Shown here in pieces: positions 37,486-49,522 of a stretch of DNA of 64,000 nt (positions are counted from its first letter, which is position 1; each line of letters opens with the position of its first letter). Position numbers and translations under genes: made by a program. Under the pieces are notes generated by a model that made no database searches, was not told where the DNA came from, and was given only the letters and a program-made list of their open reading frames with translations. The stretch lies in NCBI GenBank assembly GCA_001778985.1, contig MFIU01000001.1:190934-254933 (forward strand), written 5' to 3'. The DNA is from Candidatus Giovannonibacteria bacterium RIFOXYD1_FULL_48_21 (lineage in GTDB: Bacteria > Patescibacteriota > Minisyncoccia > JACPKW01 > UBA11713).

Positions 37486-38697
37486 ATGTCTCTTTATAAC
37501 TATCAAGCCAGAACTCCTGAGGGCGAGGTGAGGGCCGGCACGATCGAATCCCCGAGTTTGGACCTGGCGGTCTCCGCGCTCCAGCGCCGTTCTTTAGTCA
37601 TTGTTTCTCTGACTCCGGCCGAGGAAAAAGTTCCGTGGTACCGCCGGGAGGTTTTACGTTTCGGCGGCATTAAGTTGCGGGACATCGTGATTCTTTCAAG
37701 ACAGCTTGCCATTCTCTTCGAAGCCAAAGTTCCTATCGTTGATTCTCTTAAAATTTTAGCCGCCGAGAGTTTGAAACCTAAACTTCGTCAGGCTCTGGGC
37801 GAGATTTCCACGGACATTCAAGGCGGTTTTTCCATCACCCAGGCCCTCGCGAAACGCCCCGATATTTTTTCAGAATTCTACGTCAATATGGTGCGCTCCG
37901 GCGAAGAGTCCGGCAAGCTGGAAGAAGTGTTTTTGTATCTCGCCGATTATCTGGAGCGAAGTTATGAACTTTTGTCCAAAGCTCGAAACGCCTTGATTTA
38001 CCCCGCTTTCGTGCTGGTTGTTTTTGTGGGAGTGATGGCCGGAATGCTGGTGGGTGTAATTCCGCAGATTTCCGTGATTCTCATCGAGGCCGGGGCCGAT
38101 GTGCCGATTTACACCCAAATTATCATCGCGCTTTCTGATTTTTTGCGGCGTTTTGGAGTTTTGATTTTGATCGCCGCGGGGCTTGGCGGCATTTTTCTCT
38201 GGCGTTACTCCCAGACCGAGGCCGGGCGCTTGTCTCTTTCGCGCTTGGTGCTGGATTTGCCCTGGGTTGGGAATTTGGTTAGAAAATTCTACGTCGCGCG
38301 TTTCGTGGACAACCTCGAAACTCTAATTGTGGGAGGGGTGAGCGTTTTGCGGGCGCTGGAGCTTTCGGCCGAAGTGGTCGGTAACGAAATTTTTTCAAAA
38401 ATCATCCGGGAGGCGGCCGAGGCGGTCAAAGGCGGCGCCCCCATCTCCGAGGCCCTCTCGCGCTGGGAAGACATCCCGCCTTTGGTGACGCAGATGATAA
38501 AGATAGGCGAGGAGACGGGCAAACTCGACTTTATGCTGAAAACTATGGCCCGTTTTTACCGCCGGGAGGTAGAGAACACGGTGGACAACTTGGTGGGCCT
38601 CATTGAACCTGTGATGATAATTATTTTGGGCCTGGGGGTCGGGATTTTGGTGGTATCCGTACTTTTGCCCATCTACAATATTTCCTCAACCTTTTAA
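37486..38697 (+). CDS. pilC: Type IV pilus platform protein (PilC/GspF)
   Basis: GEESGKL and GEETGKL repeats, IYPAFV, LIEP. Confidence 0.93.
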   Translation: MSLYNYQARTPEGEVRAGTIESPSLDLAVSALQRRSLVIVSLTPAEEKVPWYRREVLRFGGIKLRDIVILSRQLAILFEAKVPIVDSLKILAAESLKPKLRQALGEISTDIQGGFSITQALAKRPDIFSEFYVNMVRSGEESGKLEEVFLYLADYLERSYELLSKARNALIYPAFVLVVFVGVMAGMLVGVIPQISVILIEAGADVPIYTQIIIALSDFLRRFGVLILIAAGLGGIFLWRYSQTEAGRLSLSRLVLDLPWVGNLVRKFYVARFVDNLETLIVGGVSVLRALELSAEVVGNEIFSKIIREAAEAVKGGAPISEALSRWEDIPPLVTQMIKIGEETGKLDFMLKTMARFYRREVENTVDNLVGLIEPVMIIILGLGVGILVVSVLLPIYNISSTF

Positions 38698-38715
38698 TTG
38701 TTTTATAATTGAATT

Positions 38716-39168
38716 ATGAAAAAAGCCGGTTTTACTTTAATTGAACTTCTGGTGGTTATCGCGATTATAGGCATTCTGGCCTCCGTGGTTTTAGCTTCGC
38801 TGAATACGGCTAGGAAAAAAGGCAACGATGCCAAAGTCAAAGCCCAGCTCTCGGGCCTGCGGGTCGCGGCGGAGCTCTATTGGGATTCCGCAGGCAATTA
38901 CGGAATCACAACTAATGCCTGCAGTGGCGGTGTTGGAAATATGTTTGCCGATACTGCGTCGAACATGGCAACATATGTCGATGGCGCCAACTACCCTGCT
39001 GGGACCACGATAACTTGCCGCGCCATAGCTGCTCCAGCTTCCTACGCGGTTTCCGCTAATTTAAGCGATGCCAACGCGGCCGCGGTTGACAACTGGTGCG
39101 TGGACTCGACCGGCGTTTCCAAAGCTATCGCTAGTTACCTGGCAAGCGGAGACACCACCTGCAACTAA
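38716..39168 (+). CDS. Type IV pilin 1
   Basis: G|FTLIELLVVIAIIGILA prepilin motif. Confidence 0.93.
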   Translation: MKKAGFTLIELLVVIAIIGILASVVLASLNTARKKGNDAKVKAQLSGLRVAAELYWDSAGNYGITTNACSGGVGNMFADTASNMATYVDGANYPAGTTITCRAIAAPASYAVSANLSDANAAAVDNWCVDSTGVSKAIASYLASGDTTCN

Positions 39169-39172
39169 ACTC

Positions 39173-39181
39173 TTATCCACA
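39173..39181 (+). promoter_or_regulatory. Consensus DnaA box upstream of pilin 2
   Basis: TTATCCACA followed about 30 nt later by TATAAT (39211-39216). Confidence 0.5.
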
Positions 39182-39266
39182 CTGAAAAATTATTCCGTCC
39201 GGCAACGGGGTATAATAATAGTATTAGAAAAAGAAGGTCGTTTTACTCTTAGACATTAATGTTTTT

Positions 39267-39725
39267 ATGAATATTTTTAGGAAGAAAGCAGGTTTTACCC
39301 TTATTGAACTTCTGGTGGTTATCGCGATTATTGGCATTCTGGCCTCCGTGGTTTTAGCTTCGCTGAATACGGCCCGAAAGCGCGGGAACGACGCCAAAGT
39401 CAAGGCCCAGCTCTCTGGACTTCGCGTGGCCGCGGAATTGTATTTTGATTCCAACGGCGGCTATGGCGCCACCACCGATGTTTGCAGTGTTGGAATGTTC
39501 CCAGATACCGCGTCGAACATGGCCACCTATGTTGACACGGCGAACTATCCTGCTGGGACTACAATAGACTGCCACGCAGTCACTTCCCCGTCTGCCGCCT
39601 ACGCTGTTTCAGCTACTTTGAGTGATGCTAACCCGGCTACAGCCGACGTCTGGTGCGTGGATTCAACCGGCGCCTCCAAAGCTATCGGTGATCGTCTAAC
39701 CACCGCCGGAGACGTTACCTGCTAG
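39267..39725 (+). CDS. Type IV pilin 2 (paralog of pilin 1)
   Basis: Same prepilin motif, near-identical N-terminal half. Confidence 0.93.
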   Translation: MNIFRKKAGFTLIELLVVIAIIGILASVVLASLNTARKRGNDAKVKAQLSGLRVAAELYFDSNGGYGATTDVCSVGMFPDTASNMATYVDTANYPAGTTIDCHAVTSPSAAYAVSATLSDANPATADVWCVDSTGASKAIGDRLTTAGDVTC

Positions 39726-40195
39726 TGAGAAAGGGTTTTACTTTAATTGAACTCCTGGTGGTAATTGCCGTTATTGGAATTATTGCCGCCATTATAGTTG
39801 TCGCGCTTGGCGGCGCCAGAAATCGCTCTCAAGACGCCAAGGTCAAGGTTCAGGTGTCCGGAGCCAAAAACGCGGCTGAAATTTATTTCAATTCCTCGGG
39901 CGGCTACGGCGCCGCCAATGTTTCCGTCGTTTCGGGAGGAGCATCCTGCGCCGGCGCTATGTTCACGGACGCAAATTCCAGCATGGCCGCGTACGCTGAC
40001 TCTGATAATTATCCCGGAGGAGCCGGGTTGGTCTGCGTTCAGAATTCCAGCGCTTTTGCCTTCGCGGCCTCTCTTTCAATTTCCGGCGAGTACTGGTGCG
40101 CGGACTCCAGCGGCAACCCAGGCAAAATCACGATTTCTAACCCCGCGAGCGTAGTCACCTCTGATGACACCTGCTCCGAACTCGACGCCAGATGA
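39725..40195 (+). CDS. Type IV pilin 3
   Basis: G|FTLIELLVVIAVIG, WCADS. Confidence 0.9.
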   Translation: MRKGFTLIELLVVIAVIGIIAAIIVVALGGARNRSQDAKVKVQVSGAKNAAEIYFNSSGGYGAANVSVVSGGASCAGAMFTDANSSMAAYADSDNYPGGAGLVCVQNSSAFAFAASLSISGEYWCADSSGNPGKITISNPASVVTSDDTCSELDAR

Positions 40196-40197
40196 GT

Positions 40198-40944
40198 TAT
40201 CGAAGTCCGACTTCGATAGTTATTCTATTATCACCTCTTTGTCCATCTCCTTATAATTTTCTGAACGGAGCCATTCGGTAATATTGGCTTGATATTGTTT
40301 GGGGCCTCCAAAAGATTCATCAAGCAGACCCATATCCAATAATTCTGGGAAATTCATTTTTCCAAGGTAATCCTGGTGACTTGACCATCGGTATGATGCT
40401 AAAAAGTCTAAAGCTTTTTCTGGATTTTTAATGCCGTTTATTTTCCACTCTGGCTCAATCGCCTCGAGCGGGTTTAGATGAATATAGTAGGGGAGATAAA
40501 TAAAATGTCGCTCATTTTTTAATCTCGCGGCTTTATATTTTCCTTGAAAAAGCGGCCCCACCCTCTGATACTTTTTATTAAAATAATTTGTGTATCCGGC
40601 CCCAACCTTTCTCATAAACTCCGTGATTCCATTTCCTGCTATCTGTTCAAGCAGCAAGTGGTAGTGATTTGACATCAGCGCAAACGCCAACACCCTAACT
40701 AATTTCTTACGCGGATATTGAAGTCGGATTTCGATAGATTTTATATCGAAAAAATAGCCTATATTGGTGGCTGAGCTTGAATCATTGAAAAGAGTTAAGC
40801 TATAAACAAATCTTAAGCGGTCACGATCGTTAAGAAAAATGTTCCTTTTTTCCACACCACGATTATAAACGTGATAAATTTTACCGGTGGCAGGTTTTTC
40901 TCTTGGCATATCTTTAATTCTATTCTATCGAAGTCGGACTTCCA
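40198..40944 (-). mobile_element. REPtron-like locus: RAYT gene with flanking and internal palindromes
   Basis: TATCGAAGTCCGACTTCGATA (40198-40218), internal variant 40716-40737, CTATCGAAGTCGGACTTCCA (40925-40944). Confidence 0.85.
40220..40909 (-). CDS. REP-associated tyrosine transposase (HUH, Y1 family)
   Basis: YHVYNRG, LMSNHYHLL (HUH), GPLFQGKYK, YIHLNP, YRWSS. Confidence 0.92.
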   Translation of the reverse strand: MPREKPATGKIYHVYNRGVEKRNIFLNDRDRLRFVYSLTLFNDSSSATNIGYFFDIKSIEIRLQYPRKKLVRVLAFALMSNHYHLLLEQIAGNGITEFMRKVGAGYTNYFNKKYQRVGPLFQGKYKAARLKNERHFIYLPYYIHLNPLEAIEPEWKINGIKNPEKALDFLASYRWSSHQDYLGKMNFPELLDMGLLDESFGGPKQYQANITEWLRSENYKEMDKEVIIE

Positions 40945-40980
40945 AATGCTTGTTGGGACTTTTCTTTATAGAATAAATAA

Positions 40981-41751
40981 GTGGATTCTATCGAAATCGG
41001 ACTTCTAGTTTTCTTTTTTGGGCTTGCCGTCGGTAGTTTTCTTAACGTAATAATTTTTCGGCATAATACTGGCGAGAAAGTTATTGCCGGACGTTCTAGA
41101 TGTTTCGCCTGCGGGAAGACGCTTCGTTGGCATGAGCTTATTCCGGTTTTAAGTTTTTGCATCCAGAAGGGACGTTGCCGGGACTGCCGCAGTAAAATTT
41201 CCTGGCAGTACCCGGCCGTGGAAATTCTGACTGGACTTCTCTTTTTGTTTTTTTATCTTAAGTGGCGTATAGCGTATAGCCTGCCTGCCGGCGAGGCAGG
41301 CGCCGGGCAGGATTTGATAATTCTACTCTGGTGGTTTTCGATTGCGGCGCTTTTGGTCCTGCTCACCGTCTATGACCTCAAGCATAAAATTCTTCCGGAT
41401 AGATTCAATTACGCCTTTCTAGCTTTAAGCTTTTTTAATATCTTTAATGATTTCGCCGCCCTAACTTTCCTTTTAAGTCTTGGGCCGGCTTTTTTCCTGT
41501 TTTTGCTGTGGTTCATTTCAAGGGGCCGCTGGATGGGTTTGGGCGACGCCAAGCTTATGGCGGCGGGCGGCATTTTTTTGGGTCACATTCAAAGTTTGGT
41601 TGCTCTGGTCTTGAGTTTCTGGATTGGGGCGGCCGTTGGGATTTTCTTGCTTTTCCTGAACCCGAATATTAAACTTAAAAGTGAGATTCCTTTCGGGCCG
41701 TTTCTCGCGCTCGGAATAATCTTGGCTTTTTTCTTTTCTCCCTATGGCTAA
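40981..41751 (+). CDS. pilD: Prepilin peptidase
   Basis: GSFLNV, RSRC..C, GRCRDC, YDLKHKILPD, MGLGDAKL, IPFGPFL. Confidence 0.95.
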   Translation: MDSIEIGLLVFFFGLAVGSFLNVIIFRHNTGEKVIAGRSRCFACGKTLRWHELIPVLSFCIQKGRCRDCRSKISWQYPAVEILTGLLFLFFYLKWRIAYSLPAGEAGAGQDLIILLWWFSIAALLVLLTVYDLKHKILPDRFNYAFLALSFFNIFNDFAALTFLLSLGPAFFLFLLWFISRGRWMGLGDAKLMAAGGIFLGHIQSLVALVLSFWIGAAVGIFLLFLNPNIKLKSEIPFGPFLALGIILAFFFSPYG

Positions 41752-42133
41752 AAAAGTGAATTCCAGGCTGGGAAAAACGACTATTTTTTGGGCGGGAGTG
41801 GGTATTCTTCTAGCCGCCATATTTATTTTTTCTTTCTATCCTTCCAGGAAAGGGTTAACGCTGATTATTGATTACGGTGGAGGCGACATAAGAACTTTCA
41901 AGACGAGTTATCAGGACGGCCTCACGGCCTGGGATATGCTTCAGCAGGCGAATGCAAACTATCAGATTGTTCTTGAACCGGAGACAGATTTTCGTCCGAA
42001 GGCTATCGGCGAGTTTAAAAACGGCACCGGAGGCAAACATTGGGTTTTATATAAAAACGGCCGGCGACAGGAAGCCAGTCCTATCCAGACCGATCTTTCC
42101 AGCGGAGAGATAATTCGTTTTAGATTTGAATAG
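41744..42133 (+). CDS. Membrane-anchored DUF4430/transcobalamin-C-like protein
   Basis: TM, LIIDYGGG, TAWDML, IGEFKNG...HWVLYKNG...L.SGEIIRF. Confidence 0.65.
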   Translation: MAKKVNSRLGKTTIFWAGVGILLAAIFIFSFYPSRKGLTLIIDYGGGDIRTFKTSYQDGLTAWDMLQQANANYQIVLEPETDFRPKAIGEFKNGTGGKHWVLYKNGRRQEASPIQTDLSSGEIIRFRFE

Positions 42134-42693
42134 TGCGCGGGTTCACCTTACTCGAACTTATAATCACCCTCGCCATTTTCACGATTGTGGCCGGCATTTT
42201 ATTGGCCGATTATCCGCGTTTCGCCGCCCGGATCAACCTCCGCCGCTCCGCCCAGGAGATTGCGCTCTCGATCCGCGAGGCTCAATTCTCGGCTTTCGCG
42301 GTGAGGGGATTTCAGAGCGGCGGGCAGACGATTTTCAAATCCTGGGGGATTAATTTCAACAAAAGCGTTTCGGACAAAGAATATACTTTGTTCGTGGATG
42401 CCAATGGGGATTTTGAGTATGACCCGCCGCCGGCCGCGCCGAACGAACTTGTCAAAAAATTTCAAGTTGCCGGAACTTCCAAAATCGTAAGCCTTTGCGC
42501 CGGGCTTAAAACCGCGATCCCGGACACCTGCAGTCTCAACCGGCTCGATATAATTTATCAGCGCCCCAACCCGGATACCATCCTGAAAGGCAACGGCAGC
42601 GTGTATTCGGATTTGGAGATAATTATTCGGTCCCCGGACGGGCTCCAGAGGACCATCGTGGTTTGGTCAACCGGCCAGATATCCGTAGAGTGA
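42133..42693 (+). CDS. Minor pilin (FimT-like)
   Basis: G|FTLLELII; ends TGQISVE. Confidence 0.85.
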   Translation: MRGFTLLELIITLAIFTIVAGILLADYPRFAARINLRRSAQEIALSIREAQFSAFAVRGFQSGGQTIFKSWGINFNKSVSDKEYTLFVDANGDFEYDPPPAAPNELVKKFQVAGTSKIVSLCAGLKTAIPDTCSLNRLDIIYQRPNPDTILKGNGSVYSDLEIIIRSPDGLQRTIVVWSTGQISVE

Positions 42694-42695
42694 TT

Positions 42696-43187
42696 ATGAA
42701 GGGTTTTTCTCTTCTGGAAACAATTGTCGCCATCTCGATACTGACGCTCGCCCTTTTGGGGCCGCTGGCGCTGGCCGCTTTCGCGCTCCGCTCCGCCAGC
42801 TTGTCTGAAAATCAAGTCATCGCTTTTAATTTGGCGGAAGAGGGGATGGAGTTTGTCATAAATAAAAGGGATTCCAACATTTTCGCTGGCGCCGGAAACT
42901 GGCTCGAGGGCCTGACCAACTGCCAGTCTGCCAACGGCTGTTTTGTTGATGTTACCAATAATTCAGTGCAGAGATGTTCTGCGAATTGCCCTTTTCTGAA
43001 ACGCAATTCATCTTCCGGGTTGTACAACTATGCTTCCGGTCCTGATACTATTTTCCGGAGAAGAACGGTGCTTGAAAATGTGGGCTCAAACCAGGACGAA
43101 CGCAAAGTCAAGGTGAGCGTTTCTTGGGCGGAACGCTTCGGGAACCGCTCTTTTACCTTGGAACATAATATTTTTAAGAAGAGATGA
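42696..43187 (+). CDS. Minor pilin (PilV-like)
   Basis: G|FSLLETIVAI, AFNLAEEGME, VKVSVSW. Confidence 0.85.
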   Translation: MKGFSLLETIVAISILTLALLGPLALAAFALRSASLSENQVIAFNLAEEGMEFVINKRDSNIFAGAGNWLEGLTNCQSANGCFVDVTNNSVQRCSANCPFLKRNSSSGLYNYASGPDTIFRRRTVLENVGSNQDERKVKVSVSWAERFGNRSFTLEHNIFKKR

Positions 43188-43188
43188 T

Positions 43189-43769
43189 ATGAAACGCGAA
43201 GCAGGTTTTACGTTGTTGGAAATGCTGGTATCTTTGGCGGTTTTTTCAGTCGCGCTTTTAATAATTATGGTTACTCTTTTTTCCGTCTTTAACGCCCAGC
43301 GAAAAGCCATCGCGATTCAAAACGCCCAAGACAATCTGCGTTTCGCTTTTGAACATATGACCAAGGAGATTCGGGTCGGCCGCGTTTTTCACTGCGGCAT
43401 TTCCGGCACGCTGACCCAGCCTCAAGATTGCCCCAACGGTTCAACTCCTTCTTCTTTCAGTTTTAAAAATGACGTCGGCCAGACCGTGACTTATCAAGTT
43501 ATTTCCAATCAGCTGGTAAAATCCTCCACCGCCTCCCGGCCCTGCGACAATAGTCCGCCTACGCTCGCGGACTGCCAGAAAATCACGGCGCCGGAAGTGG
43601 TGATAGTGGATCGAGTTGCTTTTTACGTTGACGGTTCGGCCGCTTTTGATGGCAAGCAGGATAGGGTAACGATTGTGCTGGAAGGCCAGGTGCGGGATCC
43701 GCGGGGGATAGGCACCGCCGAGCTTAATCTTCAGACTACGGTTTCCAAAAGAAGTTTAGTCGACCAGCC

Positions 43770-43773
<4 letters not shown>
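43189..43773 (+). CDS. Minor pilin (PilW-like)
   Basis: G|FTLLEMLVS, LQTTVS.R. Confidence 0.85.
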
Positions 43774-46877
<3,104 letters not shown>

Positions 46878-46881
<4 letters not shown>

Positions 46882-47507
46882 AAATCTCAAAGCATATTCA
46901 TTCGTGTTTACTGGTAGAGGACGAGAGCAAAACGATTTTGATTGACCCGGGGAATTATACTTTTGAAGAGAAGGGGCTTGATATTGGGAAATTAGAAAAG
47001 CTGGACTTTCTTTTGATAACCCATGAGCATCCCGACCACATGCACATGCCTTTGATTAAAGAAATATTGGAGAAATTTCCACAAGCCCAAATTATAAGCA
47101 ACAATTCCGTCAAAAAAATTTTAGAAGAAAGAGGGATAAACGCAACCGAAAATGTTGAACATTCAATGTTCAACATTTTGAAAGCACCGCACGAGCTTTT
47201 GCTCGGAGGCCGCACGGCGGAAAATACCTTGTTTAATATCTCGCAAAAATTAACTCATCCCGGGGACTCTCTTAAATTTGATAAGACCTGCGAGATTTTG
47301 GCGCTTCCCATTCAGGCGCCGTGGGGAAGCTTTGTCGCCTCGGTGGAAAAAGCGGCTCTTTTAAAGCCGAAAATCGTCATTCCAATTCACGACTGGCATT
47401 GGAAGGACGCCGCCCGCCGGAGAATGTACGATATGGCGAGCCAATATCTGTCAGAAAAAGACATTGATTTTCGCGGCCTCGAAACTGGCGAAGAAATATC
47501 GCTATGA
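46878..47507 (+). CDS. MBL-fold metallo-hydrolase
   Basis: HSCLL, IDPG, ITHEHPDH, HPGDS, PIHD. Confidence 0.88.
47149..47179. repeat. Perfect 14-bp-arm palindrome (REP-like doublet) inside the MBL gene
   Basis: AAAATGTTGAACAT-TCA-ATGTTCAACATTTT. Confidence 0.75.
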
Positions 47508-47528
47508 TATATCATAGTGGTTGAGTTT

Positions 47529-49235
47529 ATGAATCAAGAGACTAAAATTTGTCAAAATTGTAAAAGCGAATTCGTAATAGAACCCGAGGATTTCAAGTTC
47601 TACGAAAAAATGCAGGTGCCTCCGCCGACATTTTGTCCGGAGTGCAGGTTTCAGCGGAGGTTGATGTTTAGAAACGAACGGAGTTTATACAAACGAAAAT
47701 GTGATTTGTGCGGGAAAGAAATTATAACCGCTTATTCTCCGGATAAACCCTACAAAGTTTATTGCAATCCCTGCTGGTGGTCTGATAATTGGGACGTTTT
47801 AGGATATGGGCAGGAGTATAACCCCTCTAGAACTTTTTTCGAACAATTTCGCGCCCTTCAGTTTAAGGTGCCCTATCCAAATCTTATAATGGATCATCCC
47901 ACCTTGATAAATAGCGAATATACCAATCATAGTGGCCATCTGAAGAATTGTTATTTAATCTATAACGCAGATATCTGTGAAAATGTTCATTATGCAGAGA
48001 TTTTAGCAAATGATAAAGATAGTATGGATTCGACCATGCTTGGCGAGTCCGAACTCTGCTATCAAAATATAAATTGCGGACATTGTTATAAAACTTTTTT
48101 CTCGGAAGACTGCAACGATTGTGTAGAAGTGTATTTTTCAAAGGCCTGCATTGGATGTAGTAAATGTTTTGGCTGCATCAACTTAAGGAACAAGCAATAC
48201 CATATTTTTAACAAGCCCTACACTAAAGAAGAATATGAACAAAAACTGAAAGAATTTCTGCTCGATTCTCATACGGGTATCGAGAATCTGAAAAAGGAAG
48301 CAATTAAGTTCTGGCAGTCCATCCCTCATAAATTTATGCATGAGCGTCACAACGTGAATGTTTCGGGAGATTATGTTTTTGTTTCCAAAAATGCGAAGGA
48401 TATGTATCAGGTCCGCGGCATAGAAGATGGCAAGTACTGCCAATGGATTACTACGCAACCAGTGAAAGATGTTTATGATTATACAGAATGGGGGAATAAT
48501 GCCCAAAGGATTTATGAATGCATAACGGTTGGGGAATTTGTTGATAATGTGAAGTTTTCCTACTTCGGCGCCTTTAAACATTCTATGAATGTGGAATATT
48601 CAAGCGGTTGTATTTCATCTTCTGATATATTTGGGTGTATTGGAGTTCGGAAAAAGCAGTACTGTATTTTAAATAAGCAGTATACGAAGGAGGGTTATAT
48701 AAAATTGCGTGAACGGATTATTAAAGATATGGACGAGAGACCTTATGTAGATTCAAAGGGGCGAGTATTCAAATACGGAGAATTTTTTCCGTATGATTTA
48801 AGTTTATTTGATTATAACGAGTCTAGCGCCGATCAATATTTCTATCCCTTGTCCAAAGAGAAGGTTTTGGAAAGAGGATGGCGGTGGTATGAGGGGAAGC
48901 CGGGGGAGTATAAAATTACGATGAAGAAAGAGGATATTCCGGACAGCATTAATGATGTTCAAGATAGCATTGTGGACGAAGTTATAGAATGCGCGGAGTG
49001 CCAGAGGCCATATCGCATTATTGATAGGGAACTAGCTTTGCTGAGGCGCTTTGGCCTGCCAATTCCCAGAAAATGCCCGAACTGCCGCCACAAGGAACGC
49101 TTAACTAGGATAAACCCGCCACGTTTATGGGACAGAAAATGCGACCGTTGCGGCGCTGATATTAAAACCAGTTATGCTCCCGAGCGTCCCGAAAAGATTT
49201 ATTGCGCGAAATGTTATCAAGAGGAATTTGTATGA
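47529..49235 (+). CDS. Large Cys-rich protein with multiple CxxC zinc-ribbon motifs, function unknown
   Basis: CQNC, CPEC, CDLC, CNPC, CAEC, CPNC, CDRC, CAKC plus a central short-period Cys/Ser/Asn region. Confidence 0.8.
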   Translation: MNQETKICQNCKSEFVIEPEDFKFYEKMQVPPPTFCPECRFQRRLMFRNERSLYKRKCDLCGKEIITAYSPDKPYKVYCNPCWWSDNWDVLGYGQEYNPSRTFFEQFRALQFKVPYPNLIMDHPTLINSEYTNHSGHLKNCYLIYNADICENVHYAEILANDKDSMDSTMLGESELCYQNINCGHCYKTFFSEDCNDCVEVYFSKACIGCSKCFGCINLRNKQYHIFNKPYTKEEYEQKLKEFLLDSHTGIENLKKEAIKFWQSIPHKFMHERHNVNVSGDYVFVSKNAKDMYQVRGIEDGKYCQWITTQPVKDVYDYTEWGNNAQRIYECITVGEFVDNVKFSYFGAFKHSMNVEYSSGCISSSDIFGCIGVRKKQYCILNKQYTKEGYIKLRERIIKDMDERPYVDSKGRVFKYGEFFPYDLSLFDYNESSADQYFYPLSKEKVLERGWRWYEGKPGEYKITMKKEDIPDSINDVQDSIVDEVIECAECQRPYRIIDRELALLRRFGLPIPRKCPNCRHKERLTRINPPRLWDRKCDRCGADIKTSYAPERPEKIYCAKCYQEEFV

Positions 49236-49522
49236 TTACCCCAGAAGACATAAAAAAATTAGCCGAATTGGCGAGGATTCATTTGACGGAAAAAGAAGAA
49301 AAAAGTTTGGAGAAAGACCTCAAGAGCATCTTGAGCTATGTGGAGAAGTTGAAGGAGGTGGATGTTTCCGGGGTTCACGAAATGACGCACGCGGTCGCGG
49401 CTAAAAATGTGTTTCGCGGGGACGAACCAGGGGAAGAGGACGATGGAACTTTGCTTACCGAACAATTTCCGGAAGAAGAGAGGGGTTATTTAAAAGTTAA
49501 AGGAGTTTTCGAACGTGATTAA
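49232..49522 (+). CDS. gatC: Asp/Glu-tRNA amidotransferase subunit C
   Basis: IKKLAELARI, ILSYVEKL.EVD, NVFRGD; ATGA overlap. Confidence 0.92.
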   Translation: MITPEDIKKLAELARIHLTEKEEKSLEKDLKSILSYVEKLKEVDVSGVHEMTHAVAAKNVFRGDEPGEEDDGTLLTEQFPEEERGYLKVKGVFERD

